Notes: generated by a model from the letters alone, not told the origin. Shown: positions 29,528-38,937, numbered from the stretch's first letter. The stretch is 64,000 bases of DNA from Myxococcota bacterium (GCA_036012755.1 DASCPX010000009.1:64001-128000), one strand, 5' to 3'. Numbers and translations are program-made.

Positions 29528-31495
29528 TTGAGTTCCTCCAGCCAGCTCGGTCGCTACCACCTCCTCGAGCGCATCGCCCTGGGTGGCATGGCCGAGATCC
29601 ACCTCGCGTTCGAGCGGGGGACCGCCGGCTTCGAGCGCGTCGTGGTGCTCAAGGTCTTGCGCCGCGATCTCGTCGATGATCCCGACCACGTGCGCATGTT
29701 CCTCGCAGAGGCCCGCACGATCGCGCGCCTGAACCACCCCAACATCGTGCACGCGCACGAGCTGGAGGAGGCAGGCGGTACCTGGTTCATCGCGATGGAA
29801 CACGTCGCAGGCTCGAGCTTCCGGGAGCTCCTGGTCGCCGTGCGGAAGCGCGAAGAGCTCGTCCCCGTGGAGGTGGCCGTAGCCCTGATGCTCCAGGCCT
29901 GCGCCGGCGCCCACGCCGCCCACGAGCTGCACAACCCCGCCGGCGAACCGCTGGGCCTCGTCCACCGGGACATCTCCCCCGACAACCTCATGCTCCGCGC
30001 CGACGGACACGTGAAGCTGCTCGACTTCGGCATCGCGAAGGCCCGCGAGGACCAGCAGACTCGCGAGGGCACGCTGAAGGGGAAGATCGCGTACATGAGC
30101 CCGGAGCAGTGCCAGCAGCACGCGCTGGACCGACGCTCGGATGTCTTCAGTCTGGGCGTCGTGGCCTGGGAGCTCCTCGCGGCGTCCCGGCTGTTCCGGC
30201 GCGACAGCGAGTACGCGTCGATGCAGGCGGTCGTGCAGGGCGACCTGCTCGACCTGCGCGAGAGGCGCGAGGATCTCCCAGAGGAGCTCGTCGTTGTCAT
30301 CGAGCAGGCCCTCGCCCTGCACCCGGAGGACCGCTTCGAGAGCGCAGTGGCCATGCGCAATGCGCTCTCCGCCCTGGCCGATCCGATGGTGTGGGACCTT
30401 CGCCCAGACGTCATCGCCAGCTGGGCCGAGACGCGGCTCGGCAAGGCTCAGGAACACCGAGCGAGGCAACTGGAGGCGTCGATCACGGCCACGCTCCAGG
30501 GCGAGGACGACTTCACGCTCGAGGACGGCACCGAAGAGGTGGCCCGCCCACCGGATCGCGGGCGGAGCAATCCACGCCCACACTTCGTCTGGGGCGGGCT
30601 GGGGCTCGCGATCGGAGCGCTGGGGGTGCTCACCCTGCTCAACCACCAGGAGGCCGAACCGGACGCGGTCGAAGACGTCCGGCTGGTCCTGCCACCGGAA
30701 GGAGACCCGCTGGTCATCGGGCTGGCGCCAGTGATGGATCCCCTGCCCTACCTCGCCGCCCACGAGGGCATGCGCCTCCACCTGGAAGAGCGCCTCGGGC
30801 GGCCCGTCGAGCTCCGAACGCACGACTCCTACGACGCCTTGAGCAGAGCCCTGGCGGAGGGGGCCGTCCCCTATGGGTCCCTGCCTCCGCTGTTGTACCT
30901 GAACACGCTGCGCTCCACGCCCGTCGAGGTCCTGGCCTTCAAGAGGGTCGACGGCGGCTCGGGAACGGACGCCGTGCTCCTGGTCATGGAGGACGACGAC
31001 ATCGCGACCCCGGCCGAGCTCGCCGGGAGCATCGTCTGCTTCACGGACCCCGCCTCGACGACGGGCTACGCGTTGCCGCGGGCGACGCTTCGCCAGGCGG
31101 GCCTCGACCCCGACGTGGACGTCGAGGCTCACTTCTCCGGCAACCACCTCCAGGTCATGCGCGACCTCGTCGAGGGTCGATGCCGCGCCGCCGCGACCTA
31201 CGACGACGCGCTGAGGGCTGCCGAGCGCGAGGACGTCCCGGTCGGCCAGCTCCGTGTGCTGAGCTTGACAGGCCGCACACCCCAGGACGCCATCTGCGCT
31301 GGTCCGGCAGCCGCGGCGGCCGAAGCGGAGGCGCTCCGGACCACGCTGTTGAGCTACCAGCCGGAGACGATCACGCCAACGGTCGAGCAGATCACGGGCT
31401 TCGCGGCCGGGGACGACGGCGACTACAGCCAGCTGCGCGAAGCCCTCGAGATGGAGCAGGCGGCGCTGGACAGCACGGGCGACCGCGCGCGTTAA
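29528..31495 (+). CDS. Membrane Ser/Thr protein kinase with extracytoplasmic PhnD-like substrate-binding domain
   Basis: GGMAEI, HRDISPDN, DFGIAK, YMSPEQ; one TM helix; FTDPASTTGYALP and FSGNH PhnD motifs. Confidence 0.88.
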   Translation: MSSSSQLGRYHLLERIALGGMAEIHLAFERGTAGFERVVVLKVLRRDLVDDPDHVRMFLAEARTIARLNHPNIVHAHELEEAGGTWFIAMEHVAGSSFRELLVAVRKREELVPVEVAVALMLQACAGAHAAHELHNPAGEPLGLVHRDISPDNLMLRADGHVKLLDFGIAKAREDQQTREGTLKGKIAYMSPEQCQQHALDRRSDVFSLGVVAWELLAASRLFRRDSEYASMQAVVQGDLLDLRERREDLPEELVVVIEQALALHPEDRFESAVAMRNALSALADPMVWDLRPDVIASWAETRLGKAQEHRARQLEASITATLQGEDDFTLEDGTEEVARPPDRGRSNPRPHFVWGGLGLAIGALGVLTLLNHQEAEPDAVEDVRLVLPPEGDPLVIGLAPVMDPLPYLAAHEGMRLHLEERLGRPVELRTHDSYDALSRALAEGAVPYGSLPPLLYLNTLRSTPVEVLAFKRVDGGSGTDAVLLVMEDDDIATPAELAGSIVCFTDPASTTGYALPRATLRQAGLDPDVDVEAHFSGNHLQVMRDLVEGRCRAAATYDDALRAAEREDVPVGQLRVLSLTGRTPQDAICAGPAAAAAEAEALRTTLLSYQPETITPTVEQITGFAAGDDGDYSQLREALEMEQAALDSTGDRAR

Positions 31496-31504
31496 GCGCT
31501 GGTC

Positions 31505-32725
31505 ATGACGATGATGATGCTTGCGCTGCTCGCCTGCGAGCAGGAGACCGACGAAGCCCTCGAGCTGATCCCCGAAGTCGAAGAGACCATCTTGGAGGAG
31601 ACGCCCCCGACCACGGTCGAGGCCCCAGCCGATGTGGCCGCGCCCCCCGCCGATGCGCTGACGACCAGCTCGGGCCTCGCCTACGTGGTGCTGAAGCCGG
31701 GCAAGGGCGACAAGCCAAGCGCCTACGACAAGGTCACGGTCCACTACACGGGCTGGACGGCCGACGGGAACATGTTCGACAGCTCGGTCACCCGCGGCGA
31801 GACGAGCAGCTTCCCCCTCAACCGCGTGATCCCCGGCTGGACCGAAGGGCTCCAGCTCATGTCCGTCGGAGAGAAGACCCGCTTCTGGATTCCACAGGAC
31901 ATCGCCTACGCCGGTATGCCTGGGAAACCAGCTGGCATGCTGGTCTTCGACGTCGAGCTCTTCGAGGTCGAGCCTGGTCCGAGGGTGCCAGAGGACGTCG
32001 CCGCCGCGCCGGCGACCGCGAACCCTCGCTCCAGCGGCTGCGCCTGGCGCCAGGTCACCGCCGGCACCGGGACCGATACCCCCGCGGCCGGCGACATGGT
32101 GGAGTTCCACTTCACGGTCTGGAACGCCGCCGGCGAGCTCCAGGAGAGCACGATCTCGTCCGGTCGAGCTGTCCAGGCTCCGATCGACGAGGTCGTCGAG
32201 CGCACGCCCATCTGGTCGGACGAGCTCCTCGAGATGAACCCTGGCGAGACTCGACGCATCTGGGCCCCGGCTGCTGCCCTGACCGTCGACGGCCGCCCGC
32301 CGCCTCCGGGGGACCTGGTCTTCGACCTCCAGTTGGTGTCCTTCGAGACCCCGCCGCCTCCGCCAGCGACCCCCTCTGATGTCACCGCCGCCCCGGCCGA
32401 CGCCAAGAAGACCGCGACGGGCCTCGCATACAAGGTCCTGAACCCCGGCACGGGAACGCAGAGGCCTACGGCGAGCGACAGCGTCACCGTGCACTACAGC
32501 GGCTGGACCACCGACGGGAACATGTTCGACAGCTCCGTCGCTCGCGGCGAGCCCTCGAGCTTCCCGCTGAACCGCGTGATCGCGGGCTGGACAGAGGGCC
32601 TCCAGCTGATGGTCCCAGGAGAGAAGACCCGCTTCTGGATCCCAGAGGACCTCGCATACGGCGGTCAGCCCGGGAAGCCCGCCGGCATGCTGGTCTTCGA
32701 CGTGGAGCTGCTCACCATCGACTGA
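31505..32725 (+). CDS. Multi-domain FKBP-type peptidyl-prolyl isomerase lipoprotein
   Basis: VTVHY.GWT.DG.MFDSS...VI.GWTEGLQLM...LVFDVEL twice, plus a degenerate middle domain; LLAC lipobox. Confidence 0.92.
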   Translation: MTMMMLALLACEQETDEALELIPEVEETILEETPPTTVEAPADVAAPPADALTTSSGLAYVVLKPGKGDKPSAYDKVTVHYTGWTADGNMFDSSVTRGETSSFPLNRVIPGWTEGLQLMSVGEKTRFWIPQDIAYAGMPGKPAGMLVFDVELFEVEPGPRVPEDVAAAPATANPRSSGCAWRQVTAGTGTDTPAAGDMVEFHFTVWNAAGELQESTISSGRAVQAPIDEVVERTPIWSDELLEMNPGETRRIWAPAAALTVDGRPPPPGDLVFDLQLVSFETPPPPPATPSDVTAAPADAKKTATGLAYKVLNPGTGTQRPTASDSVTVHYSGWTTDGNMFDSSVARGEPSSFPLNRVIAGWTEGLQLMVPGEKTRFWIPEDLAYGGQPGKPAGMLVFDVELLTID

Positions 32726-32729
32726 GGGC

Positions 32730-33848
32730 TCAGTCCAGGGTCGTCATGACCTCGTCGAGCATGTCCATGCAGAAGACGTTCTCCTCTGGCGTGCCCACGG
32801 TGATGCGGAAGATGTCGCCGAAGTCGTGCTCCAACAGGGGCGCGAAGGTCTTGACCTTGACGCCTCGCTCGAGCATGCCCGCCGCGATGGCCTTGGCGTG
32901 CCGGCCAGCGGTGGTGCGCACGAGGACGAAGTTGGCGACCGAGGGGTAGGTCTGGAGCCCGGACTGGGCCCCGATGCGCTCGCACAAGAGCGCGCGAGCC
33001 TCTGCGGTCCGCTGTCTCACGTCGGGCAGGTGCTGGCCGTCCTTCAGCGCGGCGACGCCCATGCGCTCTGCCAACAGCGGAATGCGGTAGTCCGTCACCT
33101 GGCCCTCGAGCTCGGCGACGAGCCCCTCGCTGGCGATGATGTAGCCGATGCGCACCGCGGCGAGGCCATAGGCGAAGGACATCGTGCGGGTGCACACCAC
33201 GTTCGGGTACTTCGCGACGAGGTCGACGAGGTAGTCGTGCTCGTGTGGCGAGAGGTACTGGACGTAGGCCTCGTCGAGCCAGAAGGTGGACCCCGTGTAC
33301 CTGGCGATGAGCGGCTCGATCTGCTCGCGGGTGACCAGCACGTTGCCGGTGGGGTTGTTGGGGTTGGCGATGTAGACCAGCCCGTCGCCCTGCTGGATGG
33401 CGGCCTCCAGCGCCCCGAGATCCAGCGCGTAGTCGGCCTCGTGGGACAGCGGCACGAGGCGAACCGTGAGCCCCGAGGCGATGGCCTTCAGCGGCACCTT
33501 TCCGTAGGTCAGAACCGGCGTGATGATCGGGTAGCCCTCCTTGTGGACGAGGTGCTTCAGGATCCGCATCGGCTTGGACTTGATGGCGCTCCGGATGAGG
33601 TGGGGCAGCACCTGCTTGAGGATGGGTCCGCTGCCGTTGTGGAGGTAGACCATCTCGGGGGTGCAGCCGCACTCGGCGGCGATCAGCGCGCGCAGCTCGC
33701 TGTTCTCGGCGTTGCTGTAGTTGCGGAGCGAGGTCCGGCTCGAGTGCTCCTGGAGCACGTCGATGGCCGCCTGGCTGCAGTAGGTGCCGTCGTTCAGGCC
33801 GAGGTTGATGGGCAGCTGCCAGCTGGAGGTGTCGACGTTCGTGGGCAT
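32730..33848 (-). CDS. Class I/II PLP aminotransferase, HisC-like (conserved Lys replaced by Phe)
   Basis: NGS, ANPNNPTG, LDEAY, RTMSFAYGLAAVRIGY, SVANF, RITVGT. Confidence 0.85.
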   Translation of the reverse strand: MPTNVDTSSWQLPINLGLNDGTYCSQAAIDVLQEHSSRTSLRNYSNAENSELRALIAAECGCTPEMVYLHNGSGPILKQVLPHLIRSAIKSKPMRILKHLVHKEGYPIITPVLTYGKVPLKAIASGLTVRLVPLSHEADYALDLGALEAAIQQGDGLVYIANPNNPTGNVLVTREQIEPLIARYTGSTFWLDEAYVQYLSPHEHDYLVDLVAKYPNVVCTRTMSFAYGLAAVRIGYIIASEGLVAELEGQVTDYRIPLLAERMGVAALKDGQHLPDVRQRTAEARALLCERIGAQSGLQTYPSVANFVLVRTTAGRHAKAIAAGMLERGVKVKTFAPLLEHDFGDIFRITVGTPEENVFCMDMLDEVMTTLD

Positions 33849-33860
33849 GGTGCGCGCGAC

Positions 33861-34916
33861 CTAACGCACCCTGATGACTCCCGTCAGCGCCACACCTGTC
33901 GCGAGGGCCGTGAAGTCCGGGTCGGTCGGCCAGAACCGGGCGTAGTAGAGACCCTGCTGTCCTTCGTACACGAGCTCGTCACTGCCGGAGGCGACGACCT
34001 CGCCGGGTATGCGGACCAGCTGAAGCTCGACGTCCCCCTCTGAGTGGCCCTCGACCAGGAGCTCGGCGGGGCCATCGATGACCCCGCCGGGGCCGGCGCG
34101 CTGCCGCCTGGTCGATGCTTCGATCCGCAAGGAGACGTCGGGCTCTCCAATGACCACGCGGCCGGCGACGAGGGCGTCGATGGGGAGCTCCCCGTCCAGC
34201 ACCCGCACCCATGTCGTCGGCCAGCCCAGGGGCGGGTTCAGGAAGTCGTCGGGAACCGTCCCGCCCCAGCGATGGCAGTCTGAGCCACCGACCGGGACCA
34301 CCCCGTCGGCGGCTCGGGCCTCCCACTCGGAGACGGACTCGGCGTCCCATGGGTCGAAGCGGGCTCCCCCGTTGTAGACCTCCAGCGCGTCGAAGTCCTC
34401 GCTCGTCCAGTCGTACTCGACCCAGGGCGCGGCGGCGTGAGGGTGCTCGACGATCGCCCACCCGCCCTTGGCGACACACTGTTCCACCGCGTCTTTACCG
34501 CTGACCTCACCAGGCGGTCGGTCGATCCACACCTCGAGGTCGACGAAGGCCCCCTCCAACGGCAGGCAGCCGACGTGGCCAGTCGGCCCTCCGTTTCCCT
34601 CCAGGGATGCGATCGGGCTGATCTCGCTCCCTTCGATCACTCCCTCTGGCCAGGCAACACCTGAGATCTCGGGGCCTTGGTTCGGACAGTCCTCGACGTC
34701 CTCGCAGCCCATCGAGCCCTGGGCGTTGGAGTGGTCGGTGATGAAGAGGAAGTCCAGGCCCGCCTCTTCCATGGCCGGCCCGAGGGCTTCGACGGTGCCG
34801 TTGCCGTCCGTGTCGTTGCTCCCGACGCTGCTGTGCACGTGCAGATCCCCGGCGAGCCACACCCCGTCGAGGGGTGGGACAGAACAAGCCGACAACATCG
34901 TGACCATGGACCCCAT
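33861..34916 (-). CDS. PHP-domain (CehA/McbA-like) metallohydrolase lipoprotein
   Basis: WLAGDLHVHS, ITDH, EHP, LEVYNG, GGSDCH. Confidence 0.85.
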   Translation of the reverse strand: MGSMVTMLSACSVPPLDGVWLAGDLHVHSSVGSNDTDGNGTVEALGPAMEEAGLDFLFITDHSNAQGSMGCEDVEDCPNQGPEISGVAWPEGVIEGSEISPIASLEGNGGPTGHVGCLPLEGAFVDLEVWIDRPPGEVSGKDAVEQCVAKGGWAIVEHPHAAAPWVEYDWTSEDFDALEVYNGGARFDPWDAESVSEWEARAADGVVPVGGSDCHRWGGTVPDDFLNPPLGWPTTWVRVLDGELPIDALVAGRVVIGEPDVSLRIEASTRRQRAGPGGVIDGPAELLVEGHSEGDVELQLVRIPGEVVASGSDELVYEGQQGLYYARFWPTDPDFTALATGVALTGVIRVR

Positions 34917-34952
34917 CGCGTAATGCTACCTTTGCCTCAGTCTGGGAGTCCC

Positions 34953-35612
34953 GTGAAGAGGTTCGTCTTTATTTCGCTGGCCCTTGGAGCGACCGTCGCG
35001 TGCGTCCCCGCACCGCTGGACGTGTCCTTCGACGCGGACGGCGCCGTCGACCTCAACCTGGGCGAGGACCCGGACGAGCAGATCTCCGAGTGGGAGTTCT
35101 ACGATGGCGGCGGCTGGCACAAGGCCGACGGCTGCCAGGACGAGCTCACCGCGACGGGCAACGAGGTGGGCGACGTCACCGCCGACGCCGAGTTCAGCGA
35201 CCAGTTCGGCGACGCCGTACGGCTCTACGACTTCTGCGACCGGGCAGTACTGCTCGTGTCCGGGGCCTTTTGGTGAAGCGCCTGTGTGGCGGAGGCTCCG
35301 TCACTGCAGTCGACCTTCAAGGAGTACGAGGAGGACGGCCTGATCGTCATCCAGATGCTCGCCGAGAACAACAGCAGCTCCACGCCCACGCAAGAGGATC
35401 TGGAGAGCTGGGCCGCGAACTCGGGCCAGACCCATCCGGTCGTCGCTGACGCTGGCTGGGCCGTCAGCAACCGCTTCGAGGTCGACTACGGCATCCCGAC
35501 CTTCTCCCTGCTTGCACCGGGCATGGAGGTCGTGACCGTGGACGACGGGGCATCGGAGAGCGTCATCCCAGACCACCTGCCCTCCGACTTCGAGCTTCCA
35601 GGCCAGGAGTAG
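34953..35612 (+). CDS. Selenocysteine-containing thioredoxin-fold redoxin (TlpA/AhpC-TSA-like) lipoprotein, Sec108
   Basis: GGGAG RBS and GTG; MKRFVFISLALGATVAC; DQFGDAVRLYDFCDRAVLLVSGAFW-TGA-SAC continues in frame to YGIPT...TAG 35612. Confidence 0.85.
35282..35309 (+). promoter_or_regulatory. Candidate bacterial SECIS hairpin
   Basis: CTGT-GTGGCGGA-GGC-TCCGTCAC-T-GCAG stem-loop with a G-first apical loop starting 17 nt after the UGA. Confidence 0.65.
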
Positions 35613-35687
35613 ACACCGGGTCTGACAGCCCTGTGACGTTGCCCCGAGCAGCGTGAGATAGGCTCCCTCGCCGGGAGCCTGTTTTTC

Positions 35688-38495
35688 ATGCTGCAGCTGC
35701 TTTTCCTTGGGTCCGCGCTGGCAGCGGAAGCCGAGCTCATGCCGATGGGACCGCTGATCGCCGACGGCATCACGCCAGCCCGCATCCAGGTGTCCGTGCC
35801 GGGGGCGATGCCCGGAGACAAGGTGAAGCTCAAGCCCTTCGAGGGCACGGCGAGCGGTGGCGCCGTCACAGCCCCCGGGGTCGTCAGCTTCAGCTTCCTC
35901 GCCCCGCGGCGCTACGAAGAGGACGGCTCGAAGGTCCGCGTCATCATCAAGGGCGCCGTCAGCGTCGACCAGACCTTCACCATTCCCCTGGAGCCACCGG
36001 CGAAGTCCGAGCTCGAGCTGTCGTTTACGCCGGAGTCATGGACCGTCGGAGACAAGGGCACCGTCGAGGTCAGCATCGGCGCCACCGGCCAGCATCCCCT
36101 GCCCGCCTCGGCGCGCCCCGTGATGCTGGAGGCGAACATCGGCAAGATCACCGGGCTCAGCGAGGGCGACGACGGCCAGTGGACCGCCACCTGGACGCCC
36201 CCTGCGGTGAAGGTCGCGACCAACGCGCTGTTCACCGCGACGGACCTGTCGTCGCCTGACACGGTCGTCGGCCAGTCCCACTACGCCCTGAAGGTGCAGG
36301 CGCAGCAAGAGGTGAAGGCCGCCAGCGGGAGCCAGAACGTGCTCGTCATCGGGTCGGCGCAGTACGGCCCATCGACCGCCAGCGAGGACGGAAAGGTCGT
36401 CTTCGATGCCCTCCTGGACCCGAGGGTGACCGAGGGCACGCTCCAGTCCGTCGACGAGACCGGCTACCGCAGCGACACGACCGTGCCGCTGGAGCTCGAC
36501 TCGCCGGCCGCAGTCGCCTTCGCACCGCTGCCGAAGATGGTCCCCACCGGCCGCCAGATCGTCGTCCACGTCGCCCTCATGGAGCCAGACGGATCGGCTT
36601 GGAGCAGCGCAGCGCCAAAGATGGAGGGCGCCTCGGAGGCCGAGAGCCTGGGCCGTGGGTGGTTCGCCTTTTCGGCCACGGCCCCCTCCGAGCCCGGGGC
36701 CTGGACCCTCGTCGTCGAGGCGGAGGGAGAGCTCCGGGCCATCCGCAAGCTCACGGTCATCGACGCGGTCCCCGACGTGACGCTCAGCGCCGATCCGGTC
36801 GGCCTCATGCCTGGCAAGAGCGCCTTCTCGGTCACGGCCCACCTCAAGGACGCCGACGGCACCGCTCTCACCAAGCGCAGGCCTGCCTTCGAGGTGGAAG
36901 GGGCCTCGCTCCAGAGCGGGCCAAAGGACAACGGCGACGGCACCTACACGGCCCGGTACTTCGCCCACAAGAGCGCCGACACCGCCAGGGTGAGCGTGCA
37001 CGCCGCTCCGAAGGCGACGGGGCTGGCGGTGGCTCGGCTCTCTCTCTGGCCCATGCAGGGGTCGGTGGCCGCGGACGGCTCGTCCACGACGGAGATCGCC
37101 ATCGTGGCCGAGGACGCCTACGGCATGCCGGTCCCGAACGTCGAGGTCAGCCTGACGACCCCGGTCGGAGACGGTGCGATGAAGCCGACGGCGAAGACGG
37201 ACCGCTACGGCTTCGCCGCGGTCAGCTACCGCACCGGTTCGAGCGTCGGACCCGCGGCGGTCGTGGCAGACGCCAAGGGCATCGTCGGCACGACCGTGCT
37301 CTACCAGCACGCCCCGGGCTCGGATCCGGTCGGCGTGGAGCCCGGAGGATCCGAGACGGACCTGGCACGGGCCCAGGCCTGGCGCTCGGCTCGACCGGCC
37401 ATCCAGGTCGCCAAGATGGGCGCTGATGTCGGTCCGCCGGCCCGGGTCGCGATCACCACGACGCCCTCCTACACGACGCCAGGCGCCGCCATCCTGGTCA
37501 CCGTGCGCGTGCTCGACGAAAACGGCAAGGCCGTGCTCACGTCGAGGCCGAAGGTGAAGGCCACCATCGGCAAGGTCGGCTCGATGACCAACAACGGTGA
37601 CGGCAGCTACAACCTGCCGCTCCAGCTGCCCGCGGGGCAGGACGGCCCCGTGACGCTGACCGCGACCGCCGGGGGGGCGACGGGGAGGCAGGAGCTGCCG
37701 ACGCTGGCCTCGCTCGGGGGCGCGCCGCCACCGACCCAGGACAAGGGAGACAAGGGAAGCGGGAAGAAGGATGACGGGCTCCCGACCGCGGGCAAGAACC
37801 CCAACCGCATGGACCTGCGCAACCAGTCAGCGCGCTTCTACCTGGCCGTCGGCGGCTACAAGTACACGGCCCTTCGGGTGAGGAACGGGGACGAGCCCAG
37901 AATCCCCTCGGAGATCGGCTTCCATCGCAAGGGGACGAGCCCCGTCCCCGGCGCCGGACTGGCCGCCAGCGGCCACCCGAAGGGCAACATGGTCGGCTAC
38001 GACGTGCGCCTCCGCTTCTCCGGGTACACGACGCAGGTCGGCGACGGCCTCTACTACGATGGCCTGCCCTACTTCGTCGGCGCCGTGCGGGCGAAGTTCG
38101 ACCTCGCCAGCGGGCTGGCCGCCTACGGGTCCGCGGGTCTCCACGTCGTCGACGTGCCGATCTACCGCTACAACGACGACCTCGACGACGTCGATCGCCT
38201 CAACAAGATGGTGCCCGGCCTGCGCATCGGCGGCGGCGTGACCTACACCAACCGCTTCGCTCACGCCCAGTTCGAGCTGGCCGAGAGCTTCGGACTCCTG
38301 CCGAAGGTCACGCACACGGGGCTCCTGGTCGAGGGCCGCGTCCCCATCGGCCCGGTGAGCATCGTGGTCTTCGTCGAAGAGGACATCGAGTTCCAGCACA
38401 TGCGCTACTGGGTGGGGACCGGCGACAGCGAGGACCGCGTGCTCATCCGGGGCCGCCAGGCGACGACGCTCTTCGGGGTCGGCGCGGCCTTCTGA
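35688..38495 (+). CDS. Large exported protein with invasin/Ig-like domains and a probable C-terminal outer-membrane beta-barrel
   Basis: Signal peptide; ADG...AEDAYGMPVPN and DNGDGTY/NNGDGSY Ig motifs; amphipathic beta-strand tail ending FGVGAAF. Confidence 0.75.
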   Translation: MLQLLFLGSALAAEAELMPMGPLIADGITPARIQVSVPGAMPGDKVKLKPFEGTASGGAVTAPGVVSFSFLAPRRYEEDGSKVRVIIKGAVSVDQTFTIPLEPPAKSELELSFTPESWTVGDKGTVEVSIGATGQHPLPASARPVMLEANIGKITGLSEGDDGQWTATWTPPAVKVATNALFTATDLSSPDTVVGQSHYALKVQAQQEVKAASGSQNVLVIGSAQYGPSTASEDGKVVFDALLDPRVTEGTLQSVDETGYRSDTTVPLELDSPAAVAFAPLPKMVPTGRQIVVHVALMEPDGSAWSSAAPKMEGASEAESLGRGWFAFSATAPSEPGAWTLVVEAEGELRAIRKLTVIDAVPDVTLSADPVGLMPGKSAFSVTAHLKDADGTALTKRRPAFEVEGASLQSGPKDNGDGTYTARYFAHKSADTARVSVHAAPKATGLAVARLSLWPMQGSVAADGSSTTEIAIVAEDAYGMPVPNVEVSLTTPVGDGAMKPTAKTDRYGFAAVSYRTGSSVGPAAVVADAKGIVGTTVLYQHAPGSDPVGVEPGGSETDLARAQAWRSARPAIQVAKMGADVGPPARVAITTTPSYTTPGAAILVTVRVLDENGKAVLTSRPKVKATIGKVGSMTNNGDGSYNLPLQLPAGQDGPVTLTATAGGATGRQELPTLASLGGAPPPTQDKGDKGSGKKDDGLPTAGKNPNRMDLRNQSARFYLAVGGYKYTALRVRNGDEPRIPSEIGFHRKGTSPVPGAGLAASGHPKGNMVGYDVRLRFSGYTTQVGDGLYYDGLPYFVGAVRAKFDLASGLAAYGSAGLHVVDVPIYRYNDDLDDVDRLNKMVPGLRIGGGVTYTNRFAHAQFELAESFGLLPKVTHTGLLVEGRVPIGPVSIVVFVEEDIEFQHMRYWVGTGDSEDRVLIRGRQATTLFGVGAAF

Positions 38496-38549
38496 GTCGA
38501 CCTCGGGAGCGGGCCTCGCCCCCCGTGTCAGCGTGGTTGTCGTCAGTCC

Positions 38550-38686
38550 GCCGACTGGGACCGGCAACTCGCTCTCGGTGAAACAGGGTGTTTCAGCCAG
38601 GCCGACTTGGGCCGGCAACTCGCGCTCGGTGAAACAGGGTGTTTCAGCCAGGCCGACTTGGGCCGGCAACTCGCTCCCGGGGAAAC
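38550..38686. repeat. 51-bp tandem repeat (about 2.7 copies) with an internal palindrome
   Basis: CCGGCAACTC starts at 38561, 38612 and 38663; each full unit carries TGAAACA-GGG-TGTTTCA. Confidence 0.9.
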
Positions 38687-38937
38687 CGCACGTCAGCGTG
38701 CAATCTGGGCGAGGCTGACGCGCAGGGTCCACGAGACTGCACGCCGGTGTCCATCCTGAGAGGCTCCGCCCGCCACGCGTCTCGGTCTCTCGATCCACAG
38801 CGTCGGCGGATCTACGAGGCGGCGAGGAAGGGCGGGGAGTCCACCCACCCCACGGTCACGGACTGCTCCGAGGGCGTACACTACGCCACCAGGGCAAGCC
38901 GAGGTGACCCTCACTCCGCTTCTTCCGCCTCCTCTAC

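Noticed and set aside
35274..35276. Genome-wide TGA recoding (genetic code 4 or 25)
   Set aside because: TGA is the normal stop for many genes here (e.g. 2386, 4296, 23641), often in coupled overlaps.
38579..38646. parS sites
   Set aside because: The half-sites TGAAACA and TGTTTCA are in the opposite order and spacing to parS (TGTTTCACGTGAAACA).
38550..38686. CRISPR array (GTTTCA...TGAAAC ends)
   Set aside because: There are no unique spacers, the units are plain tandem copies, and no cas genes are in the window.
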